Shown: positions 13,301 through 23,749 of the stretch, piece after piece | Numbering within the stretch: the stretch's first letter is position 1 | Layout: every line of letters begins with the position of its first letter | Assembly (NCBI GenBank): GCA_905178155.1 | Contig: CAJINV010000001.1 | Coordinates: 2,718,089-2,782,088, forward strand | From: Amoebophrya sp. A120 | Taxonomy: Eukaryota; Protista; Dinoflagellata | Length of the DNA: 64,000 nt | Reading direction: 5' to 3' | Notes under the pieces: generated by a model | Seen by the model: the letters and a program-made list of their open reading frames with translations, nothing else | Told to the model about the DNA's origin: nothing | Database searches by the model: none | Program-made: the position numbers and the translations under genes

Positions 13301-15650
13301 CACGGATGACGCCACCAAGTTGCAGACGCTGCGAAAGGACTTCGAAGTTGCGCGTGAGAAGCGCAAAGCGGAGCGGGAAAGGAGGCAGCAACTACAGGAA
13401 ACAGACAAAGGCAACGCGGCTGGAAATTCGACCTTGAAAGCGCTCACACTACGGGAGTTTTTGCAGGGAACAAAAAAAGCACAACCAGATGATTCCACGC
13501 GGCTGCCGGAAAAGCTTGACCTGGAAGACGAGTTGCTTGGTGGCGCTAATTACATCTTTTCGACGCTCGCCTGCCTTGGGCGACCGAAGATTGCGGAAGC
13601 CATAGACGAGAAGAGCGCATGTTTGATCTCGCGAATGGTCAAGAAGGCGAACGCGTTTGCGTTGTCTGGTACCGAGAAGCGCGACGCAGAGGCCGCGAAA
13701 GACCTAGCGATTGTTGTGGACGAGGCGGCGCAGGCTACCGAGGCTGACACGTTCCTGGCGTTGTCGCTGAAGCCCAGCAGGCTTATCCTGGTCGGGGACC
13801 CGCAGCAGCTATCGGCGACGGTTATTCACTCTCGCGCTTTGGAGCAGCGGGGCTACGCGCGCAGCCTACAGGAGCGGATGCAGGCGCTAGCAGAGCAAGG
13901 ACCTTGCTTCGGCAGCCGACGCCCGGAAGTCTGCTTTTTAGAGACCCAGTACCGAATGCACCCGGAGATCTCCGCGTTTCCGAACCTGCAATACTATGGT
14001 GGCCGCTTACAGGATGGGACGCAGCCGGACCAGGAAGCGCCGGGGCTGATGCGTGAGTTTTTCTCCGCTCGCCGGCGTCACGGGCTCTCCTCTGCAGCAA
14101 ACGAACTGCTGGACAAGTGCGCCGGGCAAGGACAGCGCTACATCGTGGTCAACCACAGCGGCAATGAAGAGCACTACGGGGCGAGCTTCAGCGCGCAAAA
14201 CCCCCGGGAGGCCGAGTTGGTAGCCCGAACCTGTTTCGCAATAACTCCGGCTGCGTCAGCGGAAAGCTGTGTAGCTCTTACGTTCTACCAGGCGCAGCGA
14301 CGTTTGTTAGAAAACAAGTTGCAGCGGCTCGCCTCAGACGGTCGGTTTAGTAACAGAAGCGCAAAAGATAAAGACACCAGCCACAGCTCTGTTGTGCACA
14401 CCGTTGACAGCTTTCAGGGAAGCGAGTCGGATGTCGTGCTGTTGAGTTTTGTGCGTAGCACCAGCAAAAGGACGTTTCTGGCGGAGCCCACGCGGTTGAA
14501 TGTCGCACTAACGCGGGCGCGGGGTTTCGCCATAATTTTCGCCAACGTCGAAAAGCTCCTCGGGGAAAGACCAGGACAAATCGACAGCGGGAGAAGTCTC
14601 CTCGAGACACCAGGGGACGCTGACACCGCTAGTGCTGACCAGGAGAACCAGGTCCGTGCGGTGTTAGAGGATGCGAAGCGGCGTGGTTTGGTGGTGAGCG
14701 AAGCCGTTTGGGAGGAAGTTCTGAATGACAGACAGAACTATAATCGCTTTGACAGACACCAACACGCCGGAAGCCGCGACTTGTATTCGTCCTCCGGTGC
14801 ACGAAGTTACAACAACATTTCGAACCATTCGCAGTATGCTGGAACAAGAGGACCATATCAACAAGACAATCTCACTCGGAGCACTTACAACTCTTCGAAC
14901 AGCATCAGCAACAATACGGTTTCCAAAGCTCCGCAGCCAGCACACCACTACAACCAGCACCAGGTACTCCAATCCAAGGCAAGCGGCCGTATAATCGGCA
15001 ATGGTCACCAGCAGCCAGCACCTTCTGCTCAATACCAGCAAGGAGCACCCACCCAGTACGGCTACGGTTTTGGCAACGTGGTCAATGCTGCTCCGCACGT
15101 GGGGTCGTCATCAAGTGCTTCTTCCAGCAGCGGTTGGCAGCCGGCGCGTGCTGGTCCTCCAACTTCATACACTGGCCCGCCGGCGGCAGTTGCGGGCGGA
15201 ATGAATGCAGCTTCGTCCTCTTCTTCGTCCTCGCAACACGGGTTGTTCCAAAGCAGCTATCAGCATTCATTCAACCAACAGGTACAGGGCTACAACGCTG
15301 GTCGCACCTTCGGGCAACCACAAGTGCTGCAACAGGTCCACCAGCCGCAACAAAACAGCTCCTGCTTCGACAACCGACGCAGTCAGAGCTCCACTTTGTT
15401 TTCATCACACCAGATGATTAGCGACACTCACAGAAATAACGGGAGCCGCTACACGGATCTTCGTGATAGGACAGGGTATAATTCCTCAAGAGCGCCACCT
15501 GCAGGAAGTCATGACTTCCGGGACGGGCAGCGGAACAGGTCGCGCTCGCGCGGACGGGATCGTCAAGGTGAGCGCGGGTGGGAAGCCGATCGATACAGAA
15601 ATCAGAGGAATTTTGACCACCACAGAGACGACCGCTGGCGAGGACGTTGA
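10369..15650 (+). CDS. Upf1/Sen1/DNA2-NAM7-like superfamily 1 helicase, paralogue 1; exons ~10369-12547, 12871-15650
   Basis: LNDSQ, QGPPGTGKT, VFTASSNKAV, VVDEAAQA, LVGDPQQL, QYRMHP, TVDSFQGSE and RLNVALTRA; Q/S-rich and RS-like tail. The halves join in frame when the element at 12548-12865 is removed. Confidence 0.9.
12548..12865. mobile_element. Degenerate family A TAT...ATA introner-like element (318 bp), TSD ACAAG/TCAAG
   Basis: 5' TATGCACCGTACGAATATGCTTTGGTCTGGA and 3' TCCAAACCAGACGTTTTTGCATTGGATA; TSD has one mismatch; removal gives TIATLAQ-V-LLEAEP in frame with helicase motif Ia. Confidence 0.82.
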
Positions 15651-16543
15651 GGCCTCTGCTCGTCATATTCATGGAGTTGCGAGAGTGAGTTGATCGTGGA
15701 ATTCGAGTGCTGCAAAATATAACGAGTCTCTAGTTTCTCGTTCATTTTCGCAGGTCCTCGAACTTTCACGGTCGTGATCCAACATTGATTTAACAAATAA
15801 CGCGACAGGAGATTGATAAACATCATGAGCACGGATCCAGCTAGAGCCGTCATCAATCATGCTGGTCTCCAGAAGAGATGGGAAATAAAGTGAAGCGACT
15901 GCGAGAAGGCGCTACTTCTTCTGCTGCATGTAGTTCGACTCTCCGCCACGACGGAAGAGCATGAGTTGTACAAGATGTGTTCTCGTCTTTTGAAACGATC
16001 GTTTGTGGAATTGTCGCGCTATAGATCCTTTGGTACTGTCTTTGGTGCACGCAATGTTCGAGTCTTGGTGACGAAAAAGTATGAATCTTGTTTTGAATCG
16101 CTCCGAGTACACGGCTATCGTTCATGAACATTTCAAGACCTGACATCGTTTCTGCTGCAAAGTGTCGTGACTTGTATTTCGGATGCATCGATTCGTGAAG
16201 CGAGTGCCGAAAAATTTGAGTGTGAGCGCAAACATCGCGTTCTTTTTTTCGGCCGCAGCACTAGCACGGGCAGAGTCGTGTCGGAAAGACATCTATCAGA
16301 AAACGTTCTCCGTTTTTCAAAGCAGTAGCGATCTGCGACTTTGTTCGTTTTTCTTACGTGATGCAGCGTCGATGCAGTGCTGATTTTGATGCGTGGCGTT
16401 TTCTCGTTGCTCGCCTTTCGCTTTTAACAAGTTAGTGCGATGGATTGATACATACATCACCAGTTTGAGTATGGAAAAATGTAGCGGCACCATTAACTTC
16501 AAGATCATCTGATTCCAGACGACGACAACAGGACTGTGGCGTC

Positions 16544-19500
16544 ATGGGAGGTGCTGGTGGACCGTATTCTCAATGGAACGCGAAGGCCGGCTATGGCACG
16601 AACACGAAGGGCAAAGGCGGTGGTAAAAAGGGCGGCGGAAAAAGCAGGATCAATCCGCAGAATAGCAGCGGTACTTCTGCCGGGACCGATGTTCAGACCG
16701 AAATTCGCAGGTTCGCGCTTGGCTTGCACGGCCCGGAGCATACTTTGGCGCCTTCCTTGGCGGCCCTCTCGTGGGACGATCCAGTAGTTTACGCCAGCAC
16801 TTTCGGATTGGCGTTGTGCGTCGAACTCAGCGCCTTGGGGCGGAGGATTTTCAAGCAGGAAACGTCGGGTGCAGCGGAACCACTGGAAATCCAGCTTGAC
16901 TCCACGAATTTGCCGGAGGTCTCTGCAGGCCTGTCTAAATGCCTCCCCGGGGCAACTGTGTTGCGCCTTCGCGCTTCGTGCTACCTAAACCGCGACACGT
17001 ACGCCCGCCTCTGGGGCAAAGGCGCACACCCGCCCAAGATTGGGCACGTTCTAGACAGCGACTGTTTTTGCCGTCTCCAAGTGTGGTGTGGATACGAGCA
17101 GGTTACGGCACTCGAGTCCTTCATCATCTGGTCCGACGTGCACGCCCAGCAGCCTCTCGCGGACCCGGAAGATAAACCAAAAAGAGTCAGACTTGACCTC
17201 CTCGTGAAGATCCCGGCCGATGCAGGGGAGCTATTGCGGTGGTATAGTGGAGAAACCTGGCCGTTCGGTACAGGACACTCTTCGAGCCACGTTCTTGCAG
17301 ATGTGTTGGAAACCTATGAATTCAGTTTGTACCTGGAACTCTTGCGGGACAGCAGTGCAAAACCGTACGTGCGGGCCCGGCAAGCTTGTGATCAAGTACA
17401 GAACTCGTGGCCTGCATCAAATCTCGCTAGGAAGTACCCGGTAGCACGCGACATCGCCGTAGCGACGGCGACCGGTGTGGATACTGGCGGACTGGACATC
17501 GCAAGGACATCAACAGCCGTGTCTGCCATCCCCGTACCTGAAAAAGCGCTCGCGCTTGCGTGTGGAAGTGCTGTAGATTCGATCGAAAGCAAGATCGCCA
17601 AGTCCATCGAAAAGATTGCTTCCCTGACGACATTCAAGAAGCAAGCCGAGGAAAGCCTCGCAAAGAAGCAAGAGGCGCTCGGAGCCGACAGGCTAGGTGG
17701 ACAAGAGAGTACGGAGAGCGCGCTTGCCCGTGCTGCAGTCCGTGCAACTCTGCCAGAGCCGGTGCTGGCAAGTTTTGTGCAGGCGACCTCGGTAGAAAGC
17801 TGCGTAGTGGGGCCAAATACGTTAGTCGGTTTCGGTAAGTTCAAAGACTACATGATGCGGTCGGTGTGCGCAAGCACCGAGGGAAAAAGCTACATCGCGT
17901 GGTGTAAGGAGCAATCAAGCCCGGGCGGTCCGATGGAGAGGCTCCTTCACTACGAAAGCGTGCATTCTGGCCGCGACACGTGGGAGAACATTGCAAGCAA
18001 AATTGCGGAGGCCAAGTTTCACAACTCACACAAGGTTTGGAAAACGAACTTCAACAGGCGCTTTAACGAGACGCTGCAAGAAGTAGCGGGGATGACTAGT
18101 GACGAAAGAGCGAGGCAGCTGAGGCTACGCGCGTTTGTGCTGGAAGAAAGTGCTGTGAAACAAGCGGATTTCGCTCTGACCAAGGAGATGCGGCGTGAAG
18201 CGTTTTTGCAGAGGGCACGCGTTACAGCGCAGGAACTGCGACTGGCGTTTAGCAAAATGGAAGAACAGCAGGAGACGGTGTTGCAAATGTCCGGACTGAA
18301 CGACTCGCAGCTGGAGGCCGTGCAAGCTGTCCTGCACCACACGGGAGCGACCATTTGTCAGGGACCGCCAGGCACGGGTAAAACTAGGACAATCGCCACA
18401 ATGTCTGCGGCACTAGTTCGCGCAACGCCGACAGAAACTGAGCCGGCCGAGATCACAAGGCTTTTGAGGAACTTCGAGCAAGGTTTACAGAGCGGCTCGG
18501 AAGATCATCTACACGGAAGCCAATTTTTCGGTACGTTCAGCGCGAGCGCCACCAGCAGCGGCTCGGATCACGTAGAGAAAGAACTTCGGCGATGCACTGC
18601 GCACATGCGTCATACTCCAAGGAGGGTATTGTGCACGGCAGTAGCAAACAAAGCAGTGTTCAACATGCTGGAAAAAATCATCCAGCAGGAGGCAGATCTA
18701 TCCCCCGAAGATCGCTGCCCCGGAACAATAGCCCTCCAGGGGGTCGAAGACGGTGTCCCGGCGCACCTGCTTCCGTACTTCATCCACCGCAGATACCGGG
18801 ACGTTTTCCAGGCTCCGGTGGGTAGTGTGAATCTCCAGACACTGCGTGAGTTGGTCAATGATGCTCCTGCTTTCTGCAAAGCTTGGGGTGTGAACCTCAG
18901 CAATTTGAATGCGGTCTGGAATGAATTCGAAGCCAAGTCGCAGATTCGAAAGAACGAGCGAGCCGCGGCACAGAGGTGGAAGAAATGGGCGCAGATCCCA
19001 CCTGAGCTCACGCTGGAGGACTTCCTTCGCAACGCAAAAAACACTGCGGATCCGGGAGAGGCAGGGTCGAGAGCAGACGGCGCTAAAAACAGTCGTGACC
19101 AACGTAGAAGCATCCGTGCGCGGCCGCTGCCACTGGAACTCGAGCACGAGCTTCTTGCCGGGGCTAGCTACATTTTTTCAACGCTTGCGTGCTGTGGGCG
19201 CAGGAGCCTCTCGGACGCGTTAAATGACACCAGTGTGCTGGTTTCTCGACTGCAGAAAAGACACGCTAGCGAAGATTCCGATTCGTCAGTGGAGCAGGGC
19301 AGTGTTGATGCTTCTTTCGCACAAGATCTGACAATCATCGTGGACGAAGCCGCGCAAGCCACTGAAGCGGATACATTCTTGGCCCTCGCCTTGCAGCCGA
19401 GCCGCCTCGTTCTTGTCGGGGACCCGAAGCAGCTAAGTGCGACAGTGATTCACAGCAACAGCCTGCGAAAGCGGGGATACGCGCGCAGCATGCAGGAACG

Positions 19501-21340
19501 CCTGCAGACCTTGGCCGCGCAGCCGAGCAGGGATCCGGCTGGCCAAGCAGAACATGGTTCGCCGCGGATGCACGCCCCGCGCGTGTGCTTCTTGGACACA
19601 CAGTACCGGATGCATCCGGAAATCGCGAAGTTTCCGTGCAAGCAATACTACGATGGTAGGTTGAAGGACGGAACGCAAGCTGAAAACGAGGCGACCGGAG
19701 TAGCAAAGGTGTTCTTATCGTCCCGGCTTTCCCCCGCACATGCGCAGGACCTCTCTGTCGATGCACGGACATTGGTCGAAGCCTGTGCGCAAAATGGACA
19801 GCGCTATTTCGTAGTGTGCCACAGTGGGGAGGAAGGGCGGCAGGGCGGGAGCGCACAAAACTTCCACGAGGCCGACTTGGTCTTCCGGACGTTTTTGGCG
19901 TTGGCTGGGGATAAAACAGCGTGGCAGCAGACGGATCATCAAAGCGCAGCGACGTCGGCAGGAGCTACTGTGTCGACTTCTACTTCTTCCCATCCACGAA
20001 ATCCATTTGCCGGAGGACAGCGTGAATCTTCGGCTGCAGTGTCGACGGAGCCAGATCGTAAGTGCGTGATCTTAAGTTTTTACCAAGGACAGCGACGATT
20101 ACTTGATCAAATGTTTGCCGCGAGAACTACGACTCAGCCCAGCGGCAGAACCAACTTCATCAAGACAAATACCAGCAAGCAGGGCAGCGCCGCAGTCCAT
20201 ACGGTTGACAGCTTTCAAGGCAGCGAGGCCGAAGTAGTATTGCTGAGCTTCGTGCGCAGTACAAGCGAGCGGACCTTCCTGTCGGACGCCAACCGATTGA
20301 ATGTTGCCCTCACACGGGCCAAGAAATTTGCGATCGTCTTCGCCAATGTCGAGAAGCTGTTGAACGAATCGGCGGAAAGCCACGGTGGTGATTCAACAGA
20401 GGACGCGGACTCGTCCGCACAACAGGCCAATCAGGTCCGCGCAATATTGACCGACGCGAAGAATCGCGGTCTGCTGGTCCAGGAGGCCGTTTGGGAGGAA
20501 TTGCTAGGCAACAAGGGTCTGCAGCCTCTTGACAACAAGAATACCGCCGCGGTACTAGATGCCACATGTAGAAACACAGACCAGCAGCAAAGCGCGACGC
20601 GTGCTCCGATGGCACAGTTTTCCGGTGATAAAGGAGCGTCCTCTTCTTCTTGGCATGGGCCGTCGTCTTGGACGTGGCAAACTATGCACTGCAACAACTA
20701 CAGCAACTATCACAACCATTCGAATTCTGGAACAGCCTACTTTGGCGCGGGCACTGGATGTGGTCCACCGACGGCGAGAGTTCCTACCGTTGCAACGCCT
20801 CTTGCTGCGCCTGGAGGCTGGAACTTGCCTGCAGCTTCATCTTCGTCGACTTCTGCTTCGTCGTCTTCTGCAGTGCAGTACCCGGCGGTCGGCATTTCGA
20901 ACGGAAAGCAAGTCTTTTTTTCTAGCGAAGATGCAGGGTCGTGGGATTGGCCTTGGCCGGATGAGGACGAATGCCAGCATGATCTTCTCGGTGTCAGTGA
21001 CTACGTTGACGGTTGTGACGACAAAGACGTTGGGCACTGCAACAATCACACGAGTGAAGAAAAGCAGAGCGATTTGGCACAGTCCAGTAAACAAAGAAAT
21101 AATGATCTCGTTAACAATTACAATAGGAATAGACCGGCGTCACCATCCCGACCCCGGCGTCATGACGAAGGTCGCGACAACGCCCGCGAGCGACGGTCGC
21201 GCTCGAGGCGTCGCGATTCCCGGAACCGACAATCGCGCTCGAGGCGCCGCGACTCCCGGAACCGACGCAGAGACCGATCGCGATCGCGCAGCAGAAATCA
21301 CAGGAATCGGAATGGGCGGCGGCGCGGCTCGTGGCGCTGA
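16544..21340 (+). CDS. Upf1/Sen1/DNA2-NAM7-like superfamily 1 helicase, paralogue 2 (single 1598-aa ORF) with C-terminal RS domain
   Basis: QGPPGTGKT, LCTAVANKAV, IVDEAAQA, LVGDPKQL, QYRMHP, TVDSFQGSE and RLNVALTRA; N-terminal blocks (RRFALGLHG, IGHVLDSDCFCRL) shared with the gene at 10369. Confidence 0.92.
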   Translation: MGGAGGPYSQWNAKAGYGTNTKGKGGGKKGGGKSRINPQNSSGTSAGTDVQTEIRRFALGLHGPEHTLAPSLAALSWDDPVVYASTFGLALCVELSALGRRIFKQETSGAAEPLEIQLDSTNLPEVSAGLSKCLPGATVLRLRASCYLNRDTYARLWGKGAHPPKIGHVLDSDCFCRLQVWCGYEQVTALESFIIWSDVHAQQPLADPEDKPKRVRLDLLVKIPADAGELLRWYSGETWPFGTGHSSSHVLADVLETYEFSLYLELLRDSSAKPYVRARQACDQVQNSWPASNLARKYPVARDIAVATATGVDTGGLDIARTSTAVSAIPVPEKALALACGSAVDSIESKIAKSIEKIASLTTFKKQAEESLAKKQEALGADRLGGQESTESALARAAVRATLPEPVLASFVQATSVESCVVGPNTLVGFGKFKDYMMRSVCASTEGKSYIAWCKEQSSPGGPMERLLHYESVHSGRDTWENIASKIAEAKFHNSHKVWKTNFNRRFNETLQEVAGMTSDERARQLRLRAFVLEESAVKQADFALTKEMRREAFLQRARVTAQELRLAFSKMEEQQETVLQMSGLNDSQLEAVQAVLHHTGATICQGPPGTGKTRTIATMSAALVRATPTETEPAEITRLLRNFEQGLQSGSEDHLHGSQFFGTFSASATSSGSDHVEKELRRCTAHMRHTPRRVLCTAVANKAVFNMLEKIIQQEADLSPEDRCPGTIALQGVEDGVPAHLLPYFIHRRYRDVFQAPVGSVNLQTLRELVNDAPAFCKAWGVNLSNLNAVWNEFEAKSQIRKNERAAAQRWKKWAQIPPELTLEDFLRNAKNTADPGEAGSRADGAKNSRDQRRSIRARPLPLELEHELLAGASYIFSTLACCGRRSLSDALNDTSVLVSRLQKRHASEDSDSSVEQGSVDASFAQDLTIIVDEAAQATEADTFLALALQPSRLVLVGDPKQLSATVIHSNSLRKRGYARSMQERLQTLAAQPSRDPAGQAEHGSPRMHAPRVCFLDTQYRMHPEIAKFPCKQYYDGRLKDGTQAENEATGVAKVFLSSRLSPAHAQDLSVDARTLVEACAQNGQRYFVVCHSGEEGRQGGSAQNFHEADLVFRTFLALAGDKTAWQQTDHQSAATSAGATVSTSTSSHPRNPFAGGQRESSAAVSTEPDRKCVILSFYQGQRRLLDQMFAARTTTQPSGRTNFIKTNTSKQGSAAVHTVDSFQGSEAEVVLLSFVRSTSERTFLSDANRLNVALTRAKKFAIVFANVEKLLNESAESHGGDSTEDADSSAQQANQVRAILTDAKNRGLLVQEAVWEELLGNKGLQPLDNKNTAAVLDATCRNTDQQQSATRAPMAQFSGDKGASSSSWHGPSSWTWQTMHCNNYSNYHNHSNSGTAYFGAGTGCGPPTARVPTVATPLAAPGGWNLPAASSSSTSASSSSAVQYPAVGISNGKQVFFSSEDAGSWDWPWPDEDECQHDLLGVSDYVDGCDDKDVGHCNNHTSEEKQSDLAQSSKQRNNDLVNNYNRNRPASPSRPRRHDEGRDNARERRSRSRRRDSRNRQSRSRRRDSRNRRRDRSRSRSRNHRNRNGRRRGSWR
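21197..21266 (+). repeat. 36-bp-period tandem duplication in the RS tail (SRSRRRDSRNR twice)
   Basis: TCGCGCTCGAGGCG(T/C)CGCGA(T/C)TCCCGGAACCGAC at 21197 and 21233. Confidence 0.85.
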
Positions 21341-22031
21341 TGCTGAATGGTTTGTCTACTTGAACGCGAAATCGCTATCGCACACGATTGTACTCTGCGG
21401 AGTCCTCAACTTCACTTGAAGAAAAAGTTCCCAAAATCGATTTCATTGCTCGGTCCCAGATTCCTTCGATATGAACTTATATTTTCCCTTCTTCCTGACC
21501 CTGAGCATGAGCTTGACAGAAGGAGTATACTACCTCACTGTCGATTTCCTTTGTGAGCTATAAATGTATGAACTGACGTATCATCTATCGATCTTGGCAA
21601 GAAAAATGGAAAATGTTTGTGGTGATCGCGTTTGCCTTTTGTTGACATGTTGGTGCAGATTTTGGCCATGTGTTCAAGCAAGCTGCTAAAACTAACAGGC
21701 AAGCTTTTTCTTGCTTGCAGGCGATAGACGCCGTGATCGAAAATCTACTTCCTTGGTCACGTGCGAGATAGCCTCGCTGATCTGTCCGCAACAACTCCAA
21801 CGCCACCTCCAACAAGAAAAAGATCCTTTTCGATGCAATTTTTGGGTAGGTGGACTTTCTTTCTGTTTTAGGGAAAATCCCAGACGGGGAAGCATTTGTT
21901 ATGGTGGATCGAATGAAAAACGAAACTACGGTACAAGTGTTTTGTCTTTATGCCCGAGTTCAAGTTTTTTGTTTCTTATAGTATTCTTCGCATCGAACTA
22001 GTTGTCCAAGAAATATACCTGACTTCCGAAG

Positions 22032-22976
22032 ATGTTGCCTTTCACCGCCCCGGTCCTTCTTGGCGCGCTAGCGCTTACAATTACGCTGCTCATCGTGATT
22101 CCGCGCCTGTGCGCCGCGCGGTTCTACGACTTTTTGATAATCCGGATGACGCGCGTTTGGTACAAAGAGGTGCTTTCCCGAGTAAACGACGGCGATCACG
22201 TCTTGGACATCGGTGTTGGCACCGCCACGGCTCTGCTCCGGAACAAGGAACTATTGGAGAAAAAGAAACTGCAAGTTTTCGGTGTTGACTACGATCAAGC
22301 GTACATTGATTTGGGGAAACAGCAGCTCCTAGCGACGAAAACGTCGAACCAGGTGCAGCTCACCTGCAGATCGATTTACGACGTCGCGGGCGTTCTGTCG
22401 GACTTCGCAGCAAGTTCTGGTTGCAAGTCCGGGGACCAGCACGACTCAGGAACGAAGAAGAACACCGGTTCATCGATTGCGTCTTCCCCTGGGATGAATA
22501 AAAAGGTAATAATGAAAGACCAAGTAGACGCTAGCCCAGCACTTTCTTCGCCCTCAACCGCCGCTCCCGATGGCGAAACTTTGGAGCAAGACTACGATGA
22601 ATACAAAAACAAGTTCGACGCGGCTTATTTCAGCGGCAGCTTCACCCTGCTTCCGGACCCGGTGGCGGCGTTGCATTTGGCGAGAGACGCTTTCGTGAAG
22701 AAAAACGGGAGGATTTTCATCACGCAAACGTTTCAAAAGCAGCGTTCGCCGATGACCGCTTTGTTAAAACCCTTGTTGAAGTACGTGACGACCATTGATT
22801 TCGGGACTTTGACGTACGAGTCCGATTTGGAAAACATTTTGGAGAAAGCCGGATTGCCAATTCTGTACAATGAGCCAATCCCGAACTCGATCGACACGCG
22901 GTTTCAAGTCGCAAAAATCATCTGTCTCGACTGCGGAGATAGAACGGGGAAAGGGGCGGGTGCGGCGAGGGGGTAG
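22032..22976 (+). CDS. Class I SAM-dependent methyltransferase with N-terminal membrane anchor
   Basis: Motif I VLDIGVGTA, post-I VFGVDYD, FDAAYFSGSF, and LLPDP...VKKNGRIFI; hydrophobic N-terminus; intronless. Confidence 0.88.
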   Translation: MLPFTAPVLLGALALTITLLIVIPRLCAARFYDFLIIRMTRVWYKEVLSRVNDGDHVLDIGVGTATALLRNKELLEKKKLQVFGVDYDQAYIDLGKQQLLATKTSNQVQLTCRSIYDVAGVLSDFAASSGCKSGDQHDSGTKKNTGSSIASSPGMNKKVIMKDQVDASPALSSPSTAAPDGETLEQDYDEYKNKFDAAYFSGSFTLLPDPVAALHLARDAFVKKNGRIFITQTFQKQRSPMTALLKPLLKYVTTIDFGTLTYESDLENILEKAGLPILYNEPIPNSIDTRFQVAKIICLDCGDRTGKGAGAARG

Positions 22977-23749
22977 TCGTGAACTACGTGTTTTGGCTTG
23001 ATGGTTGGCAGCGTCTGTGTGAGAGGTGCTCCTTGCTGGTGCACCTCGTCGCTTGTTTTATTATAGCGAAACGGAGAGGGAAAACGAAAATAAAAATTGG
23101 AAGAAGCGAAAACAAGCAACGGCTTAGCGATCTTTGAAAAGCAAACGAATGGGAAACATGGAGCATGATACTTGCATTGCTGTCTGTCGTGCACAAGAGG
23201 CCGCAATTTTTGATGTTCCTTCGATGCAAAAGTCGAAAATTTTGTATCAGCTAACGCAATAATTGAAAGTGATCACGCAGTGAATTTTTGCGCCGTACTA
23301 GAAGTACTCCCCCAAGAACGACCTGCGAAATCCACAGCGCTTCGAAAATAATTGACAGAAGACCGAAACCCGTTTTGAGCTCTGATTCGATCGTAAGAAA
23401 ACCACAATCGAAAAAGTCCTCGTCAACGCCCTGCACCTCTTTCTTGCAAAACTCGACTTCATTTGAAATTGTATAATCAAATTACTGAACAAGCTGATCA
23501 TTATCGACAGGTACGCATCGCGTCACCCCTCGCTTTTCAATTTTCATACAAACATGATTATGATCTCCTCCCCAGCAGCTTCATCATGTTTCGCACTTCG
23601 ACAGACTGAGCTACGGATCTGTGAATTCTCTCGAAAGTTCCATATCTTTCAACAAAGAAGGAGTTTTTTCTTGTTTCACTTGTAACCAACACAACATCAA
23701 GTTTTGGCCTACTGAATTCTTTTCGCCTTGCAGACGTGAACCAAGAACC

